This document shows, one piece after another, positions 23,316-33,585 of a stretch of 64,000 nt of DNA (positions are counted from its first letter, which is position 1; every line of letters starts with the position of its first letter). Under the pieces are notes generated by a model. The model was given only the letters and a program-made list of their open reading frames with translations, did not search any database and was not told the origin of the DNA. The position numbers and the translations under genes are program-made. The stretch covers positions 192,001 through 256,000 of the forward strand of contig CAWEXO010000014.1 of NCBI GenBank assembly GCA_963813025.1, in the 5' to 3' direction. This DNA is from an uncultured Verrucomicrobiae bacterium (GTDB lineage: Bacteria > Verrucomicrobiota > Verrucomicrobiia > Chthoniobacterales > JAFAMB01).

Positions 23316-24953
23316 CTAGCTCCCAGCATCATCGAGAGCAGCCCGCCATTGGGCGGTAAGCTCGTCTCGCACCAGAAGCGAGGCAAGGCGCCGTTGGTCC
23401 CGGTCTCTCGCTGGGGCAGCAAGGTATGAGCGGACATCCGGTCCGCCGGCGCGCGCTTCCAGGATCGCGGCCGCCAAGGCTTGTTTGATACGGTCCACGT
23501 CTGCCGTGGTTGGACGAGCGGCGTTCTCTACTTGTATAAGTTTGTCTACTAATCCCAGAGCAGCACATGCCTTGATATCGTACGACATGGGCAGAACCTG
23601 TTGACCGAGTAGCTCAAGCTCTGTCACGCGCCGTTTGGTTACTCGCGCCGCTGATTCTTTTCCCATCGCCTGAATAGTTACTTGAGCGTCGGCGAGCGCC
23701 AAAATTCGATTGGCTTGATAGCCGTGGGCGAGGTAACCGCCGGAAAATGCTTTTCCGACAACCAAAGTGATCACCGGATGCCCGGCAATGCGGGCAGCGG
23801 CATAAGCGTCGACTGCGCCGGCGCACGCGAGAAACAGTCCCAAAGCTTCTTCCAGGCTGCCGTATGCCTGGCTGGGTATGTCAACCAAGGCGATGATGGG
23901 CCGTGGATCGGGTGATTCGAGAGCCATCACCTCACGAACGATCCCAGCCAGGTTCCACGCCTCCTCGAGTCCGATCTCACCATTTCGCGCTCGCGGAAAA
24001 CGGCCATGCGGATCAGGGACAACCGCCAGGAGATGCGCAGGTTCCTCATTGAGCGCGACTTCAATCGAGAGCAATGAAGAGTCTCGCGATCCGATATTTT
24101 CGCCGGTTAAAGCCGAGAACCAGATCGCGCCGCGGCTCTGCTCTGTTACTCCCTCGACAGCAGCCTCGGACAGCGGCTCCGGGCCAGCAAGAGCAAGGTG
24201 ACCTCGAAAATGCTCGAGATCTTCGCTTCGGTGCAGTCGCCGCGGGCCACCGGCAAAAATGGTGGCCAGCACAGACCGGAGCTCGGCTACATCATCCCCG
24301 ATCAGCTCGTCGATCAAACCGGCGGCAAAACGAGCTTGACCGCCGAAAACCGACCAGATCAAAGCCCGATCCGCTGAGTCCATTTCGGCAATGCCGGCTT
24401 CCTGCTCGATAACTTCCGGTCCATTCAATCCCAGTCGGCCGGCGCGCGTCATGATGACATAACTGCAGAGACCGGCGGTAATCGCCATTCCTCCAAAACA
24501 GCCTACCAATCCTGCAATAACGGCAGTGACCGGCACGTAGCGACGAAGCTCAACCAGGACTCCTTGGATTTCGGCAATTACGCCCAAGCCAAGATTTCCC
24601 TCCTGAAGGCGCACTCCGCCTGATTCAAGGAAAAGCACCGTCTGCAGTCGCCGACCGGAGCGATTCTCCTGAAGAGCCAAGGTGAGCCCGGTACGGATTT
24701 TTGCGCCGGAGACCTCTCCGATGCTGCCGCCCTGAAAGCGGCCTTCCACGGCAATAACCAAGGTGTGCTCGCCGCGAAACTGGCCAAGCGCGACGACGAC
24801 ACCGTCGTCTGACTGGGGCACGATTCCTTGCGGAGCTAACCATGGTGATTCCAGACGATCGAATGGGCCGAGCATTTCCCGGTATGTTCCTTCCTCGAGC
24901 ACGGTGTGAACGCGTTCCCGGGCCGTCAGCTCAATGATCGACTCTCGGCGCAT
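23316..24953 (-). CDS. mdcD: Malonate decarboxylase fused beta/gamma subunit (MdcD-MdcE)
   Basis: ESGGVRLQE, GCFGGM, RLGLNGPEVIEQEAG (MdcD), then FPRARNGEIGL, VDIPSQAYG, AHGYQANR (MdcE). Confidence 0.9.
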   Translation of the reverse strand: MRRESIIELTARERVHTVLEEGTYREMLGPFDRLESPWLAPQGIVPQSDDGVVVALGQFRGEHTLVIAVEGRFQGGSIGEVSGAKIRTGLTLALQENRSGRRLQTVLFLESGGVRLQEGNLGLGVIAEIQGVLVELRRYVPVTAVIAGLVGCFGGMAITAGLCSYVIMTRAGRLGLNGPEVIEQEAGIAEMDSADRALIWSVFGGQARFAAGLIDELIGDDVAELRSVLATIFAGGPRRLHRSEDLEHFRGHLALAGPEPLSEAAVEGVTEQSRGAIWFSALTGENIGSRDSSLLSIEVALNEEPAHLLAVVPDPHGRFPRARNGEIGLEEAWNLAGIVREVMALESPDPRPIIALVDIPSQAYGSLEEALGLFLACAGAVDAYAAARIAGHPVITLVVGKAFSGGYLAHGYQANRILALADAQVTIQAMGKESAARVTKRRVTELELLGQQVLPMSYDIKACAALGLVDKLIQVENAARPTTADVDRIKQALAAAILEARAGGPDVRSYLAAPARDRDQRRLASLLVRDELTAQWRAALDDAGS

Positions 24954-24974
24954 GGGAATTAAAACACAGCTCGA

Positions 24975-25271
24975 TTACTCCTTGGTGGATTCCAACGCTT
25001 GCTCCAGGCGCAGCATCACCATCCCGGGGGTCGCTCCGCTGTCATTAATCTCCACGTCCATTGCTCCTCCAAGATGCTGCTGGAACCGCTCGAGCACGGC
25101 TTGCCAGGTCGCGCCGAATCCTTCCACCGAGGTGCGAACCGTGATCTGAGCAACCGGCTTGGTCGGCGGCCGGATGAGCACCTCAAGATCTCCCGAACTC
25201 ACGACCCCGGAATGACCGTATCGGACAACGGGTTTACCGGAAACCGAGTATTCAAATTTTAGCGTTTCCAT
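24975..25271 (-). CDS. mdcC: Malonate decarboxylase acyl carrier protein (delta subunit)
   Basis: GVVSSGDLEVL attachment motif, TSVEGF, INDSGATP. Confidence 0.93.
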   Translation of the reverse strand: METLKFEYSVSGKPVVRYGHSGVVSSGDLEVLIRPPTKPVAQITVRTSVEGFGATWQAVLERFQQHLGGAMDVEINDSGATPGMVMLRLEQALESTKE

Positions 25272-25328
25272 TATCTGAAACTATTTGCCGTGAAGGAGTC
25301 GGAAAAATGCCGGTGTTAAGGTGTCAGT

Positions 25329-27050
25329 TTACCAGGCACGGAATTTTGTCGGAGGCTCGTAAAGGCCCCCAGACCAGTCCACCAGCTCTTCCACGCTCCG
25401 GGCGGCCAGCAGTGATCGCGTAGCGTCGACTCGGCGAATCTCAAGATCTTCGGGCAGTGCCACGACACCTCGCCGGCGCAACGCTTCAACCGCCTTCGGG
25501 GTAGCTCTGAGCCCAATCGGACTTACCCCGGCAACCGCCGCCAACGCAGCCCGGCGCTCCTTTTGATCGCCTGCTTTATAGAGATACGCGATTCCTTCCT
25601 CGGTTACTACGTGGGTGACGTCATCGCCGTAGATCATTACCGGAGCGATGGGCAGCCCAGTTTTCTTGCCGACTTCGACAGCATCCAGGGTTTCCACAAA
25701 CGAAGGCTCACCGCCTTTCATAAAGGTTTCGACTACTTGAACCACCAGCTTCCGGCCACGGTTGATCGGCTCGGTCCGACGCGCCAAGCTCAGCCAAGCA
25801 GCGCTGGAATGGCGTCGACCATGCGGATCGTGCCCCATGTTCGGAGCGCCCCCAAAGCCGGCCAGGCGGCCGAGCGTCACCGTCGAAGAATTGGCGTCGG
25901 GGTCCATCTGCAGGGTTGAGCCGATGAAAAGATCTACGCCGTATTGGCCGGCCAATTGGCAAAGCACCCGGTTGGAGCGCATGGTTCCATCGTTTCCGAC
26001 GAAAAAAATGTCCGGTCGTGCGGCAACATAGTCTTCCATGCCAACTTCGCTGCCGAAGCAATGCACGCTTTCGACCCAGCCCGATTCGATCGCCGGGATT
26101 AACGTGGGGTGCGGGTTGAGCGCCCAGTTGCGGCATATTTTGCCTTTGAGGCCAAGGGATTCGCCGTAGGTCGGCAGCAGAAGCTCGATCGCTGCCGTGT
26201 GATAACCGATTCCGTGGTTCAGGCTGACGACCTGGTGCCTTTCGTAAATGCCCCGAATAACGAGCATGCCGATGAGGATGTGGAGTTCGGTAATGTGCCG
26301 CGGGTCGCGCGTAAACAGCGGTTCAAGCGCGTAGGGCCGATCCGCCGCCACAACAAGGTCGATCCAGGAGCCGGGGATGTCGACTCGCGGCAGATCATCA
26401 TTCAGTTCGTTTACCTGTGCGATGACGATCCCATCGTGAAACGCTGCCGCCTCGACTATCGTCGGGGTATCCTCCGTGTTCGGTCCAGTGTATAAGTTCC
26501 CGGAGCGGTCGCCTCTTTCGGCGCAAACTAATGCAATCCGCGGACTCAGATCCACAAACATGCGCGCATAAAGCTCGATATAGGTGTGGATCGCACCGAG
26601 CTCGATTTTGCCATCTTCGAGCAGCTGCGCGATTCGGAGGCTTTGCGGACCGGCATACGCGAAATCGATCTTCTTGGCGATGCCCAGTTCAAAGAGATCG
26701 AGATGCTCGGGCCGGCTCACACTGGAGATCAAAAGGTGGAGGTTGTTGACTATTCCGGGATCGACCCGTGCGAGCGAGCGTGACAGAAAATCAGCTTGTT
26801 TCTGGTTGTTACCTTCCAGAGCTACTCGATCGCCGGGCCGCACCAGACGCTCGAGCGCTTCTTTGATCCGGTTGGAGTCGAGGATCTTGCCATCGAGCCA
26901 CGGGCGAACACCGGTCAGGCGTTCGGCCTTTTCCCGCCGGTGCATGTTCCAGACGATCGGTGATGACCGATCGCCGACGATCGATGATCGATCTGGAGTT
27001 AGCGGTCCCTGACCGGAATGAGTTGATTGTTCTTCGGAAAACTCCATCAA
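25329..27050 (-). CDS. mdcA: Malonate decarboxylase alpha subunit
   Basis: EGNNQKQADFL, TGPNTEDTP, GFGGAPNMGHDP, WSGGLYEPP..F..W. Confidence 0.97.
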   Translation of the reverse strand: MMEFSEEQSTHSGQGPLTPDRSSIVGDRSSPIVWNMHRREKAERLTGVRPWLDGKILDSNRIKEALERLVRPGDRVALEGNNQKQADFLSRSLARVDPGIVNNLHLLISSVSRPEHLDLFELGIAKKIDFAYAGPQSLRIAQLLEDGKIELGAIHTYIELYARMFVDLSPRIALVCAERGDRSGNLYTGPNTEDTPTIVEAAAFHDGIVIAQVNELNDDLPRVDIPGSWIDLVVAADRPYALEPLFTRDPRHITELHILIGMLVIRGIYERHQVVSLNHGIGYHTAAIELLLPTYGESLGLKGKICRNWALNPHPTLIPAIESGWVESVHCFGSEVGMEDYVAARPDIFFVGNDGTMRSNRVLCQLAGQYGVDLFIGSTLQMDPDANSSTVTLGRLAGFGGAPNMGHDPHGRRHSSAAWLSLARRTEPINRGRKLVVQVVETFMKGGEPSFVETLDAVEVGKKTGLPIAPVMIYGDDVTHVVTEEGIAYLYKAGDQKERRAALAAVAGVSPIGLRATPKAVEALRRRGVVALPEDLEIRRVDATRSLLAARSVEELVDWSGGLYEPPTKFRAW

Positions 27051-27155
27051 ACTGGATCTCTATGATTATTTCTTTTCAAGCAACTCTCTCAAGACTCTCC
27101 ACAAACGGTTAAAATTACGTTAGTCTCAGATCTTGTGCTCTGCCCCTGAAAGCTC

Positions 27156-27986
27156 ATGATCGTGGCTCACTCGCCTTTTCAAAAAATGCTGGCCGTTGTG
27201 GTCATCAGCATACTTTCGCTCGCGCGGCCCGCTGGTGCCGAGGAAAATCCAGACTTCCGCAAAGTTGCCCTGGTCTTGCGCCAGCGCGCACTTCTGGAGG
27301 CGAGTCCGACGATCATCATGGCACCTGCTCAACCGCCGTTCGCTCCTGTACGCCCCGCGGTGGGAGGTCCATTTGACCGCTACCCCTGGAGACTGGGAAT
27401 TACCACCACGGTGTTCTGGGTGGGCGAGCAGGCGACTTCCAATAATCCGGTCGGCAACGAGCAAAGCGCCTGGGACCCTGCCTGGTTCTTCAATTATGGC
27501 GGGTACGATACTCCAAACCCGATTTTGCGAGGCAATTTTGTACCCATGAATTTTTTGCCGCGCCAGAATCCATTTTATATTGCGCTGCCTTACAACGACG
27601 TGGAGGAACACCGCACCAAAATCGAAGCTCCCCTGGTCGTGCCATGGTTCACGGAGGCCTTTGTGCGCGACGGCGAATCGGTTTGCAAAGGGCGCTGGCT
27701 CGCCATTCGCCACGGTAACAGAGTTTGCTACGCGCAATGGGAGGACGTCGGACCCTTCACGACGGATGATTGGCCATACGTTTTCGGGACGGAAGGCCCC
27801 CGACCGAATCGCAATCAGGACGCCGGACTGGACGTATCTCCAGCGGTGAGAGATTACCTGCGACTCAATGATCTGGACGTTTGCGACTGGAAATTCGTCG
27901 ATGCCCGCGCCGTTCCCCCGGGTCCCTGGACAGTGTATGGCAATCCGATGGTTCCTTTGGTGAACAAGGTAGCAAATCGCGGCTAG
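27156..27986 (+). CDS. Secreted conserved hypothetical protein, possible double-psi beta-barrel (RlpA-like) fold
   Basis: Signal peptide; TTTVFWVGE, NPFYIALPYND, CYAQWEDVGP, GLDVSPAV. Confidence 0.7.
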   Translation: MIVAHSPFQKMLAVVVISILSLARPAGAEENPDFRKVALVLRQRALLEASPTIIMAPAQPPFAPVRPAVGGPFDRYPWRLGITTTVFWVGEQATSNNPVGNEQSAWDPAWFFNYGGYDTPNPILRGNFVPMNFLPRQNPFYIALPYNDVEEHRTKIEAPLVVPWFTEAFVRDGESVCKGRWLAIRHGNRVCYAQWEDVGPFTTDDWPYVFGTEGPRPNRNQDAGLDVSPAVRDYLRLNDLDVCDWKFVDARAVPPGPWTVYGNPMVPLVNKVANRG

Positions 27987-28010
27987 TGACGATCGGGGCT
28001 CTCGCAGCCT

Positions 28011-28050
28011 GTTGTGGAGTGCGCGCGACAAGTCGCACGCACTCCACAAC
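28011..28050. terminator. Hairpin between convergent genes (REP-like, possible bidirectional terminator)
   Basis: gttgtggagtgcgcgcgac-aa-gtcgcacgcactccacaac, near-perfect 19-bp stem. Confidence 0.55.
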
Positions 28051-28092
28051 GCGCGCGTCCGAATTCGCTGAACTTTCCTGAACTCATCATCA

Positions 28093-28839
28093 TTATTCCT
28101 CAGAGATCGGCGAGACCGCTCGCTTTACGTCGACCCGCGAACACCGGCGTCGTGAAAACCACCAGACTCCGAGCAGATCGACCGCTGGACGCCAAAGGAA
28201 CACGCGGAGGTTGTATTTCGGGATACCGGACCGCCGGGGACGGTGGTTAACCGGGATTTCCCCGATCGAGAACCCAGCCGCTTTCGCCAGAGCAGGCATA
28301 AAAGAATAGAGGGTTCGGATCGGAATAAAGGCGTTCTGCACCTCGCGATGAAAGGCTTTCAGGCCGCAACCGGCATCGGCGACACCGTCATTGATGAGAA
28401 GACGGCGAACGGAGTTTCCGAGCCTGGAGATAAGTTTGCGCGTGACGCTATCGTGTCGATTCACTCGGCGACCGACGACCATATCGTACTGTCCAAGAAG
28501 ACGCAGAGCCCTTTCGATGTCGCGCGGGTCATTTTGGCCGTCGCCATCCAACAACACAATATTTTTTCCGAGGGCCAAACTCATGCCTGCAAGCAGGGCA
28601 CTCGCTTGTCCATGATTGTTTGATAGCTGGAGAACATGGGCGGACGGCCAGTTCGCGGTTTTCTTCCGCAGTTGCTCGGCGGTCGCATCCACGCTGCCAT
28701 CATCGATCAGGAGCACTTCATAGCTTTGCGCTTGAAGCTCCAGGACATCGCGCAGTTCTTGCAGGACGGGAGCGACGTTGTGCTCTTCATTAAAGAACGG
28801 AATAACGACGCTGAACTCCGGAGCCTGCATCGCTCGCAA
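28093..28839 (-). CDS. GT2 polyprenol-phosphate glycosyltransferase (DPM1/ArnC-like)
   Basis: SVVIPFFNEE, IDDGSVD, LDGDGQNDP, DAGCGLK, VNHRPR. Confidence 0.92.
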   Translation of the reverse strand: MRAMQAPEFSVVIPFFNEEHNVAPVLQELRDVLELQAQSYEVLLIDDGSVDATAEQLRKKTANWPSAHVLQLSNNHGQASALLAGMSLALGKNIVLLDGDGQNDPRDIERALRLLGQYDMVVGRRVNRHDSVTRKLISRLGNSVRRLLINDGVADAGCGLKAFHREVQNAFIPIRTLYSFMPALAKAAGFSIGEIPVNHRPRRSGIPKYNLRVFLWRPAVDLLGVWWFSRRRCSRVDVKRAVSPISEE

Positions 28840-28948
28840 ATCATTAGTAATTTGTGAGCGGTGCAGGCTGTAGCAGCAGACTTCCTCGGCTACACCGGGG
28901 AGGTCTGCTGCTTTTTTCGGAGAGAAGCCTCAGTTTGTTGGGAGTCAC

Positions 28949-30664
28949 TCACTTTAACGCAGAACGGCGTTCAAGCAGCAAGAATTCGTTCTGTTCATTG
29001 TCGACGACATCCGCCAGGGTTCGAAAATGGGTATTCTTCCAATCTGGGCCAAGAGCAGAGTAGTCAGCGTCTTTTGACAGAAGGATGTAGCGAGCATCCG
29101 GAGGGATCTCTGCGGCTGGCAGGAAATACCTTGCCCGGGGCTCTAAGTAATACCAGAACGGCCGGTACTCTTTGGCGTCTACCCAGAGTGTCGCGTCCCC
29201 CGGAAGCTTTGCGCGAATCAGACCGGCCACCTCGCGCGCGCCGTAGCTCAACGCATTCACTTTGGGAACGATGGCGCTCGCATAGACGAGCATCGCGACT
29301 ACGAAGAGGGTTGCGGTGGTGATGGCTTGTCTCAGGACGCGGACCGAATCACCAGAGTGCGCCCGACCGATGATCCAGCCGAGGCAACACAGGACAGCAG
29401 AAGCCACAAGGCCGGTCATACCCAGCCAATCCATTTTCACTACAAACGGCGCCGCGAGAATGACGGCTGCCGCAAGTACCAAAAAGGAAAGGTTGGTTAG
29501 CTTCCAGAGCAGCAGGCCTTTGCGGATCAACGGGTCGTCCGGCACCTGGTTCGAGGCGGTTGTCCCGATAAGGACCCCAGCTAACAAAAGGCAGGGAACA
29601 GGGAACAACGGATAGAGGTAGCGGGGCGAGCCGCTGGGCAAAAGCGCCATGAGCACACTTGTCACGACCATCCCGAGTCTCGCTCCACGAAACCAGGCCT
29701 CTCGGCGAGCAAAGGAAGGGACGTTTTCGACCGAAGTTGTTGGGCCGGCGAGATGCGTTCTCTGCCAAAGAAGAGGTAACAGCAGGGTCCAAGGGAGGAA
29801 ATTCTTGAGCGTTTCAGGGAAATTCAGCAGCCATGACTGCAGGTGAAAGTGCTGCGCTTCGGGCCCGGAAGCCCGTGAAGCGAGCTCATGAACCCAGAAC
29901 TGCCAAACTCCGATCGGATCCTGTTGGTTTACCGCCAGGGAGCAAGGAATCGCCCAGGCGGCAAAGAGGCCAACAACTAACGCGAGCGTGCACCAGTGAG
30001 CAGGGTGAAATAAGGGGCGCAGATCCTTGGCAAACACTAGGCTCGGAATGATCACACCGTAAAAAAAGACGAGGTGGGTCGGTCCTTTGGTGAGCATCGC
30101 CAGGGAAAGAAAGATTGCCGGCAAAGGCCAAAGTCGCCAGCCACTCTGACCGCGTATCCAGGCCGATACCCAGCAAAGAAGACCAATCCCGGCAAAAGCG
30201 ACATAAACGGCTTCCAGTTCAGCCAGGCGGCCAGTTTCCAGAACCGCCAGGTTCGTCAGAAACAGAATAGCGGCAAGCAAACCTCCTTGCGGCCCCAGCC
30301 AATCGCCACCAATGCGGACCAGCGATAGCGCCAGAGCCAGGGTGGCGAGCGCCGAAGGCAATCGGACCGCCCATTCTGATCGGGAATGCGTCGCTCGAAA
30401 GCTGAGCGCAATAAGCCATTGCAGCAGCGGCGGTTTCCGTAAATAAGGAGCGTCACCGACCCGAGGCACCAACCAGTCGCCGGAACTCAACATGTGCAAC
30501 GCTGGCAAGGCGCGGCGCGGTTCTTCATGTTTGAGTTCGACGGATCCGAGTCCAGGCAAATAGATTCCCGCCCAGATGAGACTCGTCAGACAGAGGACCT
30601 GCAGCCAGGTCGGACAAGACAGTGGTCGGCCAACATTTCGTTGGATTGACAAAGAAACCATCAA
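28949..30664 (-). CDS. ArnT/PMT-like GT-C membrane glycosyltransferase
   Basis: EEPRR, YLRKPPL, EWAVRLPS, LTKGP. Confidence 0.88.
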   Translation of the reverse strand: MMVSLSIQRNVGRPLSCPTWLQVLCLTSLIWAGIYLPGLGSVELKHEEPRRALPALHMLSSGDWLVPRVGDAPYLRKPPLLQWLIALSFRATHSRSEWAVRLPSALATLALALSLVRIGGDWLGPQGGLLAAILFLTNLAVLETGRLAELEAVYVAFAGIGLLCWVSAWIRGQSGWRLWPLPAIFLSLAMLTKGPTHLVFFYGVIIPSLVFAKDLRPLFHPAHWCTLALVVGLFAAWAIPCSLAVNQQDPIGVWQFWVHELASRASGPEAQHFHLQSWLLNFPETLKNFLPWTLLLPLLWQRTHLAGPTTSVENVPSFARREAWFRGARLGMVVTSVLMALLPSGSPRYLYPLFPVPCLLLAGVLIGTTASNQVPDDPLIRKGLLLWKLTNLSFLVLAAAVILAAPFVVKMDWLGMTGLVASAVLCCLGWIIGRAHSGDSVRVLRQAITTATLFVVAMLVYASAIVPKVNALSYGAREVAGLIRAKLPGDATLWVDAKEYRPFWYYLEPRARYFLPAAEIPPDARYILLSKDADYSALGPDWKNTHFRTLADVVDNEQNEFLLLERRSALK

Positions 30665-30706
30665 AACGCTGCTTTCGAGAGACGGCCGGCCGTCCCGCTA
30701 CTTTGC

Positions 30707-32191
30707 TCACAGAGAGGTTTGCCAGCCCGAAGGCGGCGTTCGGCGACAAAGAAAGACGTAGAAACCCTTGATTGCGCGGCCACCTTCCGTAGTGACGATT
30801 TTACCGAGCATTGCGATATTGGGAAAATCCGCATTCAGGGAAGGTGGTATTCGACTGGAATCGGAAACGAATAGAGCGTTCTCGCTGAGGGCAGCTTGCT
30901 CGTAACTCGGCCAGAGTAAAATCTGATTGTACGGCGCGCTGGAGATGGGCATGAAAGTGGTTGGTTGCCCAGGTAAATAAAACGATAGCAGCGCGGCGGT
31001 CATGTATTTGTCGGCAATGATGACATGCGCGCCGGTCTTGGCCTCGAGTGAATCGATTTGGGCGGCAAGATCCTGCCAGCCACGCGCGCGATCCAACGGG
31101 TCTTTGCCCTGGGGCAAATGCAACCAGCGTGTTTGGTGGAGCGCCGCCGTTTCAATGAAGGCAACGGCGAATGCGGCCGCGCCCAGCCACTTGGCCCAGG
31201 TAAACCGGGCGGCGAGGTTATCCCATTTTGCTGCTAAAAGGATGAGACCGCTCACGTAAGCTGCTGCGGCCCAGTTCGCCTGGCTTGTGTGTTGGAAACT
31301 GAGGAGCAAATAGAACAAGAAGAGCGGAGCAAAAAGAGTTAACAGGTAGACAACTGCTGTTCGCTCGCCCTGCTTCGTTAAACCCGGCCAGCATGCGACC
31401 AAGATCAGCATGACGAAGAGGAGCGGCGAAACAACGCCCGCTTGGCCGCCCAGGAAAACCAGCGCGTTTGCCGGGTTGAAATGAGCACTCTGATCCAGCG
31501 CTCCACGGTGGAAAAGGAATCGGGCGGTCGGCCATTCATGGAGCCAATTCCAGTAGAGGACCGGTAGCAGGCAAAGTCCGGCAACTACAATCATTGTCCA
31601 AAAGGTGCGGTGAGCAAGATGTCGCCGGCTGGGAGGGTGCAAAACACAAAAGAGGGTGAAAGAGATCAGTTGGAAAGCGCCGGTGTACTTCGATAACATA
31701 CTGAGGCCGACCAAGGCTCCCGTAAGAGTCCAGAGCCCCAGTCGCGGACTATCTTTCGCCCGCCAGAAGGTGAGTGCCGCCAGCGTCCAGAAGAAGATAT
31801 AAGGCGTGTCGACCGTCATGAGAATCGCGCCCACCGCAAAAAGAGGAGTAACGCCAGCCAGCATCAATGCCCAGAGCGCTACCCGCCGGGAAAAGAGCCG
31901 GCGGGCTAACAAGTAAATGCCGACTCCGGTTGCGGTCGAAAGAAGGACGGCAAAAAACCGGATTCCGAAGACGGTCTGCCCGAAAAGGAAGGTGCCGCCG
32001 GCGATCAGCCAGGCGATCACTGGACCCTTGTCGAGATAACAAATATCGAGTCGGCGGGACCATAACCAGTAGTATGCTTCGTCTCCGACCAATTCGAGGC
32101 GGGTGCTGTACCACAGCTGGCAGAGGGTGAATCCTGAGATAGCGACGATTACCCAGAACAGATGAGAGCGAAGCAAGCCGGTTATTTTCAT
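30707..32191 (-). CDS. ArnT/PMT-like GT-C membrane glycosyltransferase
   Basis: DEAYYWLWSR, YLDKGP, MTVDTP, LSKYT. Confidence 0.9.
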   Translation of the reverse strand: MKITGLLRSHLFWVIVAISGFTLCQLWYSTRLELVGDEAYYWLWSRRLDICYLDKGPVIAWLIAGGTFLFGQTVFGIRFFAVLLSTATGVGIYLLARRLFSRRVALWALMLAGVTPLFAVGAILMTVDTPYIFFWTLAALTFWRAKDSPRLGLWTLTGALVGLSMLSKYTGAFQLISFTLFCVLHPPSRRHLAHRTFWTMIVVAGLCLLPVLYWNWLHEWPTARFLFHRGALDQSAHFNPANALVFLGGQAGVVSPLLFVMLILVACWPGLTKQGERTAVVYLLTLFAPLFLFYLLLSFQHTSQANWAAAAYVSGLILLAAKWDNLAARFTWAKWLGAAAFAVAFIETAALHQTRWLHLPQGKDPLDRARGWQDLAAQIDSLEAKTGAHVIIADKYMTAALLSFYLPGQPTTFMPISSAPYNQILLWPSYEQAALSENALFVSDSSRIPPSLNADFPNIAMLGKIVTTEGGRAIKGFYVFLCRRTPPSGWQTSL

Positions 32192-32207
32192 TCAACGATC
32201 AGATGAC

Positions 32208-33416
32208 TCACGGCACACGTGGCGCGCCTTTCCCTCGCGCGACCCAAGCAAAGACAAAGATTGTTAGCGACAACGCGGCAATTGGCTGAAGTGCATGCAG
32301 CTCGAGATCGCGTCGAATGGCTGGAACCCAGGCATTGAGCGCTTCCGATCCGACAAAGAGAAGGTAGGTCGCCAGAAACCAAATGCCGAAAACCATCGAT
32401 CCGCGTTCCGACCGCTGAATCGCTTCCCAAGTCGCCGCACCGGCAAAGGCAAGGACTGGAGCGAGGAAAACGTAAGTAGCCAACTCCGTCGATGGGCCAA
32501 ACAGAATGATCCAAAGACAACCCAGAGCAAAAGCAGTCCACACTAATTTTCGGGTCTCCCAGCGAGCTACTTGACGCGCCCACCAACAGAAAGCGGCAAG
32601 ACCGACGCCGGCCATAACCTGCAACCCGGCGTAAACCGGTGTCGTGATCGGCAACCGCACAATCCGCAGTAATAACCAAAAATCCCGCCATGTGCCGAGA
32701 TCACCGAAAACCCGGCGCTGATCTGCGCGCAGGCAGTGCACCCAGGCATGATACTGTTGCAGGACATACGCCGGTTGCTGCAGGACCAGCGACAGCAGCC
32801 ATAGGCCAAGAAGCGCGAGCAATAATCTCGGACCGAATTGCCAGGGGTAGATCACCACCAGCAACAACCCGATCGCTAGCGGATAAATTTTAAAGAAAGC
32901 GGCCAAGGCCATAAGCAGCGCACCAAGGGTCCACCTACGGTTTTCGACCGCGAGACAGGTGCCGAGAAGGAGTCCGATCACCAGTAAACTGGCCTGCCCA
33001 TTATTGAGGTTGCCGAGCGACATAGGCAGGAGCAAAAGCATCGCAACCGGAAATCCTGAGGTCAGGTCTCTGCCAAAGTGCCGGAACCAAAGGACAAAGG
33101 TGCAAAGGTACACGCCAAGCGTAATAAGCCGCCACAGGGCTCCCCCGATGGATTCCGGCAGAATCGCGAAGGGCGCGAAGATTGCGGCAGCCAGCGGGCT
33201 GTAAAGATATTTCCCAACGTGTGCATAAAGATCAGTGCGAGCGAGCCAGGACGTCCCCGCGTCCCGGAAGACGCTGAAAACGCTATTTCGCTGAGGGGCG
33301 GCCATCGCTCGTCCGAGCACGGCGACAACCGCGACGATCCAAAGCGCCCAGACGATTGTCCCCCGGCGGTCCGCTGTCCAGCGGGGCTTGGGAGAAGCAT
33401 AGGCAATGGTGTGCAT
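32208..33416 (-). CDS. GT87 (DUF2029) membrane glycosyltransferase
   Basis: YLYSPLAA, NLNNGQ, FKIYPL motifs; polytopic membrane protein. Confidence 0.82.
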   Translation of the reverse strand: MHTIAYASPKPRWTADRRGTIVWALWIVAVVAVLGRAMAAPQRNSVFSVFRDAGTSWLARTDLYAHVGKYLYSPLAAAIFAPFAILPESIGGALWRLITLGVYLCTFVLWFRHFGRDLTSGFPVAMLLLLPMSLGNLNNGQASLLVIGLLLGTCLAVENRRWTLGALLMALAAFFKIYPLAIGLLLVVIYPWQFGPRLLLALLGLWLLSLVLQQPAYVLQQYHAWVHCLRADQRRVFGDLGTWRDFWLLLRIVRLPITTPVYAGLQVMAGVGLAAFCWWARQVARWETRKLVWTAFALGCLWIILFGPSTELATYVFLAPVLAFAGAATWEAIQRSERGSMVFGIWFLATYLLFVGSEALNAWVPAIRRDLELHALQPIAALSLTIFVFAWVARGKGAPRVP

Positions 33417-33585
33417 GAAATCTGACCGGCAACCGGAAAAGGAAGCCGGGTAAGAGCCGTAAGAGTTGGACCATAGATGACTCGCGCCTGAAAACAACTT
33501 TTTCCCGGCGGCGGTCCGGGAAAGCAGGAGCTAGATTTCTAGCTCCTGCTGCTTGCGAGGCGCGGGCAGGCTGCGAGACTTTCCG

